In this document: piece after piece, positions 16,904 to 24,643 of the stretch
How positions within the stretch are numbered: position 1 is the stretch's first letter
Layout: each line of letters opens with the position of its first letter
From: Candidatus Electronema aureum
Lineage (GTDB): Bacteria > Desulfobacterota > Desulfobulbia > Desulfobulbales > Desulfobulbaceae
Length of the DNA: 32,000 nt
Reading direction: 5' to 3'
Assembly: GCA_004284765.1 (NCBI GenBank)
Contig: NQJD01000013.1
Location: 26,415 to 58,414, forward strand
Notes under the pieces: model-generated
Seen by the model: the letters and a program-made list of their open reading frames with translations, nothing else
What the model was told of the DNA's origin: nothing
Databases searched by the model: none
Position numbers and translations under genes: made by a program

Positions 16904-16970
16904 CAGACGTGACCATTGACCTCAAGAATGTCTTTGAGAAAGACTCATTAACAACCCAAGAGAGCCAATT

Positions 16971-17783
16971 ATGACCAAAGTAATTGTAGCCGGAGCAGCC
17001 GGTCGGATGGGCCGCCGCATCTGCGACATGGTGCGGCAGCATCGCGACCTAACCTTGAGCGCGGCCTTTGAACACGCGGACAGCCCTTTTATCGGCAAGG
17101 ATGTCGGTGAAGTGGCGGGCTTCGGCGCGACCGGCGTGAAAATATCTGCGGGCTTGGAATCAGTGATTGATCAAGGCGAGGTGATTATTGATTTCACCTT
17201 CCACAAGGCCACGATGGAATTCATCAAAGTTGCGGCCAAGCATGGCCGGGCAATGGTGATTGGCACCACCGGCCTGACTGCGGAGAATATCGCAGTGCTG
17301 CGCGAGACCGCCGCAGGCCATTTCCCCTGCGTTCAGTCGCCCAACATGGCCGTGGGCGTGAACGTGCTGTTCAAGCTGGTGGAGAAAACCGCTGCCGTGC
17401 TGGGCAATGCTTATGATGTGGAGATTGTCGAGGCGCACCACCGAATGAAGAAGGATGCGCCGTCCGGCACCGCGCTCCGGCTGGGCGAAATGGCCGCTGC
17501 TGGCTTGGGCCGCAATCTGGCGGAAGTGGGCGTGTATGAGCGGCACGGCATGATCGGCGAGCGCACGGACAAGGAGATCGGCATCCAGACCATCCGGGCC
17601 GGGGATATTGTCGGCGAGCATACCGTCTATTTCGCTGGTGCGGGCGAGCGGATCGAGATCACTCATCGCGCCCACAGCCGCGACAACTTCGCACGCGGCG
17701 CGGCCTTGGCTGCGGCGTGGGTTGCGGACAAGCCCAAGGGATTGTACACCATGTTTGACGTGCTTGATCTGGGCAATTTCTAA
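16971..17783 (+). CDS. dapB: 4-hydroxy-tetrahydrodipicolinate reductase
   Basis: ORF 16971..17783(+). Motifs are KVIVAGAAGRMGRRI (the NAD(P) site) and the signature EAHHRMKKDAPSGTA. Confidence 0.9.
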   Translation: MTKVIVAGAAGRMGRRICDMVRQHRDLTLSAAFEHADSPFIGKDVGEVAGFGATGVKISAGLESVIDQGEVIIDFTFHKATMEFIKVAAKHGRAMVIGTTGLTAENIAVLRETAAGHFPCVQSPNMAVGVNVLFKLVEKTAAVLGNAYDVEIVEAHHRMKKDAPSGTALRLGEMAAAGLGRNLAEVGVYERHGMIGERTDKEIGIQTIRAGDIVGEHTVYFAGAGERIEITHRAHSRDNFARGAALAAAWVADKPKGLYTMFDVLDLGNF

Positions 17784-17812
17784 AAAATAGCCTTCCTGCC
17801 TCATTGTTCTCC

Positions 17813-17838
17813 GCCGTGGCAAATTTGTTTGCCACGGC
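17813..17838 (+). terminator. Stem-loop after dapB (weak terminator candidate)
   Basis: gccgtggcaaa-tttg-tttgccacggc forms an 11-bp stem. The downstream sequence atcgtgttt has only a short T tract. Confidence 0.35.
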
Positions 17839-17898
17839 ATCGTGTTTACCCATCAAATACTTTTCAAAACCCGCTGATTCATAATTCGCAATAAGCCC

Positions 17899-19431
17899 AT
17901 GCTTTCTAAAACACTCAGCGGCGCGGTGATCGGCGTGGACGGCTTACTCGTCCGAGTGGAGGTGGATTTGGCCCTCGGCTTGCCGCTCTTCTCCACGGTT
18001 GGGTTGGCGGAAGGCGCGGTACGCGAGGCCAAAGACCGGGTGCGGGCAGCTGTTAAGAATTCCGGTTACGAGTTTCCGCCGCGCCGGATCACGGTCAATC
18101 TCGCTCCAGCAGCAGTGAAAAAAGAAGGCTCCGGCTACGACCTGCCTATCGCCCTTGGCATCCTCGCGGCCTCCGGTGCGCTCCCCTGCCCAGATTTAGC
18201 CGAAACCGCCATTGTCGGTGAGCTGTCCTTGGACGGCGTGGTGCGTCCGGTGCGTGGAGTTTTACCGATGGTGCTGGAGGCAAAGACTAACGGCATCCGT
18301 CGCTTTCTCGTTCCGGCGGAGAATGCCCGCGAAGCAGCAGTAGTGCAAGGCATCGAGATCATCGCGGTGCAAACACTGCGGCAGGCGGCGCAGTATCTGC
18401 TCAACGAGATAGAAATCCAACCCTCTTTCACCGATGTTGATGCCCTTTTTAGCAGGCACAGCGAATATTCGGTCGATTTTGCCGAGGTGCGCGGGCAAGA
18501 GCATGTCAAGCGGGCCTTTGAGGTAGCGGCGGCAGGTGGCCACAACTTGCTGCTCTGCGGGGTGCCGGGCACAGGCAAAACCATGATGGCCCGGCGGCTA
18601 CCAACTATCCTACCTGACCTCTGTCTTGCCGAGGCCCTTGAAACTACCAAGATTTATTCTACTGGCGGCCTGCTCTCTGATACCCAGCCGCTGATGGTCA
18701 CGCGACCTTTTCGCTCGCCGCATCACACCATTTCTGATGCCGGATTGATCGGTGGCGGTCAAATTCCTCGCCCCGGCGAGGTCTCGCTGGCGCACAACGG
18801 GGTGTTGTTTCTTGACGAGTTGCCTGAATTTCGCAAGCATGTTCTCGAAGTCATGCGCCAGCCGCTGGAAGATGGGGTTGTGACCATCGCCCGCGCCGCA
18901 GCCAGCCTCCGTTTTCCGGCGGATTTCATGTTGGTCGCAGCCATGAACCCCTGTCCCTGCGGTTTTCTCGGCGACAAGGTGAAGCAGTGCCGCTGTGCGC
19001 CCATCCAAGTGCAGCGATACCGCAGCCAGCTCTCTGGTCCTTTGCTCGACCGCATCGACATGCACGTGGAAGTACCGCCGGTGCCAGTACGGGAGATCAG
19101 CTCTCGCTCGGTGGGTGAATCATCGCAGACGATACGCGAGCGGGTCAACCGGGCGCGACGTACCCAGCAAGCTCGCTTTGCCGCTGAACGTGGGGTGAAC
19201 TGCAACGCTCGTATGTCGCCTCGTCAGCTTGAAGCCTTCTGCCCGTTGGACGAGGCGGGCCGCAAGTTGCTCAACAATGCCATCGAGCGGCTGGGGCTGT
19301 CAGCCCGTGCTTATCACCGAATTATAAAAATCGCCCGCACTATTGCTGATTTGTCGGAATCAGAACAGATTATTTCTGCACACGTTGCCGAAGCAGTGCA
19401 GTACCGGCGGCAGCAGTATGAGGTGCGATGA
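17899..19431 (+). CDS. YifB/ComM family Mg-chelatase-like AAA+ ATPase
   Basis: ORF 17899..19431(+), 510 aa. It has an N-terminal Lon-protease-like domain (GLPLFSTVGLAEGAVREAKDRV), Walker A GVPGTGKT, Walker B VLFLDELPEF, and a C-terminal HTH-like tail (ARAYHRIIKIARTIADL). Confidence 0.85.
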   Translation: MLSKTLSGAVIGVDGLLVRVEVDLALGLPLFSTVGLAEGAVREAKDRVRAAVKNSGYEFPPRRITVNLAPAAVKKEGSGYDLPIALGILAASGALPCPDLAETAIVGELSLDGVVRPVRGVLPMVLEAKTNGIRRFLVPAENAREAAVVQGIEIIAVQTLRQAAQYLLNEIEIQPSFTDVDALFSRHSEYSVDFAEVRGQEHVKRAFEVAAAGGHNLLLCGVPGTGKTMMARRLPTILPDLCLAEALETTKIYSTGGLLSDTQPLMVTRPFRSPHHTISDAGLIGGGQIPRPGEVSLAHNGVLFLDELPEFRKHVLEVMRQPLEDGVVTIARAAASLRFPADFMLVAAMNPCPCGFLGDKVKQCRCAPIQVQRYRSQLSGPLLDRIDMHVEVPPVPVREISSRSVGESSQTIRERVNRARRTQQARFAAERGVNCNARMSPRQLEAFCPLDEAGRKLLNNAIERLGLSARAYHRIIKIARTIADLSESEQIISAHVAEAVQYRRQQYEVR

Positions 19432-19458
19432 GAAAGTTGTTTAGAATATTCAAAAAAT

Positions 19459-20526
19459 ATGTCTATCTTTCAGCAGGCTTTCGCCTTTTTTTTGCCCGAC
19501 GATGAAATAGCCGAGTTTGCTCCGCTGGGCAGCGGTAGAGTCAACGACACGTGGCTTGTTGCCACCAAAGCAGGCAAAAAATACGTCCTTCAGCGGCTCA
19601 ATCCAGCGGTTTTTCTTAAACCTGCCGTGGTGCAGAGCAATCTCTGCCGGGTTACCGAACATTTGCAGGCAAACCTATCCGTTGAGAGCGGTTTTTCTGT
19701 CTTCGAGGTACGTCATAGTCCGACAGGGGCAAGCGCGTGGACGGATAGCAGCGGAGCGTGGTGGCGGTTGATTTCCTATCTTGACGGCGCGGCTATTGAT
19801 GCCCTTGCTGATGCTAATCAGGCCCAAGAAATCGGGGCCGCGCTTGGCCTCTTCCATCAGTTGCTTGCCAGTTTACCTTTGCCTCCGCTGGCTGATACTC
19901 TGCCCGGCTTCCACAATACTCCGCTGTATTTGGCTAACTACGAGGCCATTTTACCGACCGATTGCCTGCCAGAAGCCGCCGATTGTCGCGATTTCATCAA
20001 TGAGCGCAGGGCAGACATGCGTTTACTCGAAGATGCCCGGCAGATAGGGAAAATCACCGAACAGACCATTCACGGCGATCCCAAGGTGGGTAATTTTCTC
20101 TTTTCGTGGGACAAAAAACGGGTGATCAGCTTGGTCGATTTGGACACAGTCAAACCCGGCCTACTGCTCCACGATCTCGGTGACTGCCTCCGCTCCTGTT
20201 GCAATCCCTTGGGCGAGGAAGTGCAGAATTTGGACGAAGTGATCTTTGATCAAGAATTGTTCGCCGCTGTGCTGGCAGGTTATCTATTCCACGCTGCTGA
20301 TTTGCTCCAACCCGGCGACTGGCAGCTGCTCGTGGATAGTGTTCGTCTGATGAGCTTGGAGCTGGGTCTGCGCTTTTACAGCGATTATCTGGCGGGCAGT
20401 CGCTATTTTAAAGCCGATCACCCGCACCAGAACCTTTTTCGTGCGAGAGTACAGTTTGCGCTGGTGCGCTCAATTGAAAATCAATATAGTGAGCTGACGG
20501 TAATTGTGAAAAACTTCAGGGCGTAA
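19459..20526 (+). CDS. APH-fold phosphotransferase (NahK / small-molecule kinase-like)
   Basis: ORF 19459..20526(+). Motifs are PLGSGRVNDTWLV, YVLQRLNPAVF, the catalytic loop HGDPKVGNFLF (HxDxxxxN) and VDLDTV. Confidence 0.7.
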   Translation: MSIFQQAFAFFLPDDEIAEFAPLGSGRVNDTWLVATKAGKKYVLQRLNPAVFLKPAVVQSNLCRVTEHLQANLSVESGFSVFEVRHSPTGASAWTDSSGAWWRLISYLDGAAIDALADANQAQEIGAALGLFHQLLASLPLPPLADTLPGFHNTPLYLANYEAILPTDCLPEAADCRDFINERRADMRLLEDARQIGKITEQTIHGDPKVGNFLFSWDKKRVISLVDLDTVKPGLLLHDLGDCLRSCCNPLGEEVQNLDEVIFDQELFAAVLAGYLFHAADLLQPGDWQLLVDSVRLMSLELGLRFYSDYLAGSRYFKADHPHQNLFRARVQFALVRSIENQYSELTVIVKNFRA

Positions 20527-20568
20527 TAGCGAGTGAAGCAAATCTCGAAAAAAGAACAGGAGAACACC

Positions 20569-20964
20569 ATGAAAAAGATGCTGCTGCTCTGCGGTTGTTT
20601 GGCTGTATTGACGATTTCCTGTGCCAAAGACAAGCCTGCGGAGCCAACTCCGCCGAAACTGATTGAATTAAAGTACAATGCCGCCGTTGAAGAGGGGGGA
20701 ATTCGCATCCAGTTTGCCGCTGTCACCAGCGACTCGCGCTGTCCGACCGGGACGCAGTGTTCATGGGCAGGCAATGCGGAAATTGTGCTGGAACTGACCG
20801 GCGACGGCAACCAAGCGGCGATACTGAATACCAACTCGCAGTATCAGCAAAGCTACCGGTACAACGAGTACAATATCACGCTGAAGGAGCTAAAGCCGCA
20901 CCCTGAAGCAGGACAACAGATTGATGTGAATTCGTATGTCGCGGTGCTGACGATAGAGAAGTGA
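20569..20964 (+). CDS. Lipoprotein of unknown function
   Basis: ORF track 20533..20964(+), trimmed to the ATG at 20569, which is preceded by aggaga. The sequence MKKMLLLCGCLAVLTISCAKD carries the lipobox LTISC. A conserved-looking DSRCPTGTQCSWAG segment is present. Confidence 0.7.
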   Translation: MKKMLLLCGCLAVLTISCAKDKPAEPTPPKLIELKYNAAVEEGGIRIQFAAVTSDSRCPTGTQCSWAGNAEIVLELTGDGNQAAILNTNSQYQQSYRYNEYNITLKELKPHPEAGQQIDVNSYVAVLTIEK

Positions 20965-20970
20965 ATTGAA

Positions 20971-21009
20971 AAGAGAGCAAAAGCATGATGGCTTTTGCTC
21001 TCTTTTTTT
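20971..21009 (+). terminator. Strong Rho-independent terminator
   Basis: aagagagcaaaagc-atgatg-gcttttgctctctt forms a perfect 14-bp stem whose right arm runs directly into a T tract (tctctttttttt), 7 nt after the lipoprotein stop. Confidence 0.9.
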
Positions 21010-21110
21010 ATAAAAATGGCTCTCTACTATTCTTACAACTCCTGAAATTCGTATAGAATTTGCTGGACGACACCTATATATAGCTGAAGCAGCATAAAGT
21101 GAACTTGAAT

Positions 21111-21181
21111 GTCATTCCGAGCGGAGCGAGGAATCTCCTCTTCGTCCTTGGCGTGAGATTTCTCGCTCCGCTCGAAATGAC
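21111..21181. repeat. 71-bp palindromic (REP/hairpin-like) element
   Basis: Left arm gtcattccgagcggagcgaggaatctc (21111-21137). Right arm gagatttctcgctccgctcgaaatgac (21155-21181). The arms are complementary at 25 of 27 positions, with a 17-nt spacer. I recall the GTCATTCCGAGCG.AGCGAGGAATC motif as a dispersed palindromic repeat in diverse bacteria. Confidence 0.7.
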
Positions 21182-21241
21182 AGATACGACGGTTAAAATT
21201 ATGTTGCTCTGGCTATAAATAGAGAGATAGAGTTGATTAGT

Positions 21242-22657
21242 ATGGATAATATCAAAAATCTCAAGTCAACATCTGACGGATGGCGTGGGGTTACAGCAGA
21301 TACATTTACCTATAACGAGGTAGGATTAATAGCTTCGGCTATTGCGAAGTATATCCAAGAAAAAGGGTATGCCAAAAAAATCATTATCTCCTATGACACG
21401 AGATTTCTTGGTGAAAAATTTGCACAAAAAGCGGCTCAAGTATTTAAAGTAAATGGGATTATACCATTAGTCATAAGTTACCCTATACCAACTCCATTGT
21501 TATCATTCAGAGTAAATCAACTGGGGTATCCATGCGGCATTTCCATCACAGCATCGCATAATCCATATAATCATAATGGAATTAAATTGCGCATGAATTA
21601 TGGCGGTGCTCCAACGCCTCAAATTATCAAAGAAGTTGAGTCGTTTCTGCCTTTTTCAAGTCCTGAAATCCGCACTGCCGGTGCTATCAATTTCGACAAT
21701 CCTCTAAAAGATTATGTTGAGTACATGAGATCATTAGTAGATATGGAATCTATTCATTCCAGTCAAGCTAAGATTCTTATTGATCCGATGTATGGCACTA
21801 CAGCAGGATTGCTAAAAAAAATTCTTGGAACAACATCGGTTGTTGTTGATGAAATTCATACGCATCATGATCCGTATTTCGGAGGTGTAAATCCTGAACC
21901 CCAACGTAAAACGACGTTAGAGTTGCAACAATCAGTATCTATTGGACTTTACGATTTAGGCATAGCTCATGATGGCGATGGCGACAGATTAACAGCCTGC
22001 CTGCCTGATATTGGTTATTTATCTCCGCATGATATTTCTGCGGTTCTTTTGTGGTATCTGGTCAGAAAAAGAAAATTGACTGGAAAGGTAATTGGCAGCC
22101 TTACTCTCAGCAGGAGACTGTCCAGATTGGCAGAATATTTTGGACTGGAATATGTGGAGATTCCCATAGGGTTCCACTATGCAACAGCTTTAATGCTGCA
22201 AGGAGGTGTCTTAATCGCTGCTGAGGAAAATGGCGGCATCGGGTTTGGATTTTATCTGCCGGAAAGGGATGCGACATTGGCGGCATTGATGCTCATTGAG
22301 GCTGAAGTCAAAGTCGCTGGTGGCATAGCTTCTATTTTAGAAGAAATTGGGAAAATATCGGGCAAATCTGGTTTTTATCGCATGAATATCGATCTTAATT
22401 CTAACCGAACAGAATGCTTGAAAGAACTGCGCAGCAATATCCCAAAGGAATTAACCGGGATAAAAGTCTGCAAAATTAATGATGCCGATGGGTTAAAAAT
22501 ATTTTTGACAAACGGAGATTGGGTGTGTATTCGTGTAGCTGGAACAGAAGATTTGCTCAGGATTTATGCTGAGGCGGGGGACAATGCTCTTGCCGAGCAA
22601 TTGGCCAACGAAGCTGCATGGTTGGTCAAGAAAATAGATGGCAAATTAGCGAGGTAG
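21242..22657 (+). CDS. Phosphohexomutase (phosphoglucomutase/phosphomannomutase family)
   Basis: ORF track 21233..22657(+, TTG); the ATG at 21242 is preferred. Motifs are SDGWRGV, the phosphoserine loop ISITASHNPYNHNGIKL, the Mg loop IAHDGDGDRL, the sugar loop AAEENGG and the phosphate loop RVAGTEDLLRIYAEA. Confidence 0.85.
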   Translation: MDNIKNLKSTSDGWRGVTADTFTYNEVGLIASAIAKYIQEKGYAKKIIISYDTRFLGEKFAQKAAQVFKVNGIIPLVISYPIPTPLLSFRVNQLGYPCGISITASHNPYNHNGIKLRMNYGGAPTPQIIKEVESFLPFSSPEIRTAGAINFDNPLKDYVEYMRSLVDMESIHSSQAKILIDPMYGTTAGLLKKILGTTSVVVDEIHTHHDPYFGGVNPEPQRKTTLELQQSVSIGLYDLGIAHDGDGDRLTACLPDIGYLSPHDISAVLLWYLVRKRKLTGKVIGSLTLSRRLSRLAEYFGLEYVEIPIGFHYATALMLQGGVLIAAEENGGIGFGFYLPERDATLAALMLIEAEVKVAGGIASILEEIGKISGKSGFYRMNIDLNSNRTECLKELRSNIPKELTGIKVCKINDADGLKIFLTNGDWVCIRVAGTEDLLRIYAEAGDNALAEQLANEAAWLVKKIDGKLAR

Positions 22658-22662
22658 CAGCC

Positions 22663-23796
22663 ATGTGGGAACTACAGACACCTAAAGTCATTGTCAATGG
22701 AAGGGGTTCTATTCAAAACATCAATTCGATGATGTCAAGATTTGAGATAACCCGCCCGTTAGTTGTTATTGACCGAGAGGTAAAGTTAACTGAATTTGGA
22801 GATGTTTTTTCAAGGTTGATGAATGAATATCCTTGTTTGCTCTTCTCTGAATTTTCTACAAACCCAACTACCTCTCAGATTAATTGTTGCCTTCATAATT
22901 ATGATCTGTCATTGTGTGACGGAGTTATTTCCATTGGCGGAGGCAGTGCTATAGATTTAGCCAAAGCCGTTAATTTGGTTATTTCTCATGGCGGCACAAT
23001 CGAAGACTATCTGAACGGAAAGACAATCAATGGCAAATTAAAACCTTGTATTGCCGTACCAACCACTTGCGGAGCAGGTGCGGAAAGCAGTCCCTATGCA
23101 GTTATAACAGACACTGCGTTCCTCAAGAAAAGAGGAATAAGCAGTCCGTATTTGGTACCTGATGCGGTGCTGTTAGATGCCGACTCGTTAAACTCTTTGA
23201 GCAGGCTTATGATTGCCGCTACTGGGATTGATAGTTTAACTCATGTCCTTGAATCTCATATCTCTAAAAAGGCTACACCTCTAACCCGCATCAGCAGCAG
23301 GGGGTTGCTGCTGTCATTTGGCCTGTTTCTTGAACAAGCTATTTTTAAAAAGAATGAAGCCGCCTTGGAAAACCTGCATGATATAGCGTTTACAGCGAGG
23401 CTGCTGTATCCCAGAACAGGATTATCTGTTGCTCATGCATTATCCCATCCAGTGGGAGCGCATACAAATTTGCATCATGGCATGGCTGTGGCGTTATTTT
23501 TAATAACTTCACTTCGTTTTAATAAGTCGTATTGTGCAGAGGCATTCGATGAAGCAGAAGAAGTTTTAGGTTTAAAAAGAAGAAAACTCAGCTTGTTGGA
23601 TTGGATTGCCAGAATCATCAATGAATCAGGAATAACCTCATATCTGGTTCAGCATATAAGCAAAAGTAAACTTCCATTAGAAATTATTGCTGAAGATTCA
23701 TTGCGCAGCAGCAACATAGCCTCAAACCCAAGACCAGTTGACAAATACGACATGTTGAATATCATAACCGAATCGCTGGAACAGTTGCAACGATAA
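22663..23796 (+). CDS. Iron-containing alcohol dehydrogenase / DHQS-superfamily oxidoreductase
   Basis: ORF track 22618..23796(+), trimmed to the ATG at 22663, 6 nt after the upstream stop. Motifs are GGGSAIDLAKAV and the metal ligands GIDSLTHVLESH and HALSHPVGAHTNLHHGMAVA. Confidence 0.75.
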   Translation: MWELQTPKVIVNGRGSIQNINSMMSRFEITRPLVVIDREVKLTEFGDVFSRLMNEYPCLLFSEFSTNPTTSQINCCLHNYDLSLCDGVISIGGGSAIDLAKAVNLVISHGGTIEDYLNGKTINGKLKPCIAVPTTCGAGAESSPYAVITDTAFLKKRGISSPYLVPDAVLLDADSLNSLSRLMIAATGIDSLTHVLESHISKKATPLTRISSRGLLLSFGLFLEQAIFKKNEAALENLHDIAFTARLLYPRTGLSVAHALSHPVGAHTNLHHGMAVALFLITSLRFNKSYCAEAFDEAEEVLGLKRRKLSLLDWIARIINESGITSYLVQHISKSKLPLEIIAEDSLRSSNIASNPRPVDKYDMLNIITESLEQLQR

Positions 23797-23798
23797 CG

Positions 23799-24635
23799 AT
23801 GGAGATAGAGCTGCTTGGAAAAATTCGAGATTGTTTTAAAGCGATAACTCAAGAGGTGGATAGCTATCTATCTTCTCAGAATTTGTTCGATATTCAATGT
23901 GAATATAAGGAAAATATATGCGGCTGTTTGGAGGAAGTCACAAAAATTGACAAGGGAATTGAAAGGGTATGCAAGCGCATTCTAAGCTCTCAATTTCCTG
24001 ATTTTTATATCATAGCTGAAGAGAGTGACCATGAAAAAAGAAATGGTTATGAACTTAATTCTTTTTTTGCAATAGATCCTGTTGATGGAACGTTAGAGCT
24101 GCTTAATGGCGGAACTGACTGGTCAGTTTCGCTGGCAGCCATTGCCGATAGGAAAACACAAGTTGCTATGCTGTATTTTCCTCGGAAATCAATCCTCCTT
24201 TCAGCAATACGAGGACAAGGGGTTGTGTTGAATGGTGTCAAAGTTGTATCTGAAAAAAATAATAGAAGAAATTATAAGATTGGTGTGAGTCCAAGGCAAA
24301 TTACACATTCAGCATTAAAAGAATCTTTAACGACTAGCTTCTATCAGTATGTAGAAATTCCTCATTTCACGCCAAAAATACTAGCCCTTGTTTCGGGTGA
24401 AATAGATGTCGCAGCTTATCTACCCCAAAAAAACAAAGGTGTGAGATTATGGGATTATGCTGCTGCCAGTCTCGTGCTTCACGAGTTCGGCGGAAAGTTG
24501 GAATCCTTAACTGAGGGATCATTGGATTTTGGTGGTCATGTCCTTATGCATAAGGGAGGTTGGATTGCTGCTAATGACAAATTTGACCATGCTTCGCTCG
24601 TAAACTCTCTTTTATCAGTAAATTTAGACGAATAG
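23799..24635 (+). CDS. Inositol monophosphatase-fold phosphatase (IMPase/CysQ/FBPase superfamily)
   Basis: ORF 23799..24635(+), starting 2 nt after the upstream stop. Motifs are IIAEESD, AIDPVDGTLELLNG (DPxDGT) and WDYAAASLVLHEFGG. Confidence 0.8.
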   Translation: MEIELLGKIRDCFKAITQEVDSYLSSQNLFDIQCEYKENICGCLEEVTKIDKGIERVCKRILSSQFPDFYIIAEESDHEKRNGYELNSFFAIDPVDGTLELLNGGTDWSVSLAAIADRKTQVAMLYFPRKSILLSAIRGQGVVLNGVKVVSEKNNRRNYKIGVSPRQITHSALKESLTTSFYQYVEIPHFTPKILALVSGEIDVAAYLPQKNKGVRLWDYAAASLVLHEFGGKLESLTEGSLDFGGHVLMHKGGWIAANDKFDHASLVNSLLSVNLDE

Positions 24636-24643
24636 GTAATGAA

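Noticed and set aside
17160-17840. A 226-aa ORF antisense to dapB. Similar long antisense ORFs: 12164..12757 opposite dapF, 18135..18650, 18610..19065 and 18759..19205 opposite yifB, and 4573..5127 opposite nth-xth.
   Set aside because: These are shadow ORFs typical of GC-rich coding DNA. Their products are Arg/Ala/Gly/Pro-rich low-information sequences with no motifs. The opposite strand carries unambiguous conserved enzymes.
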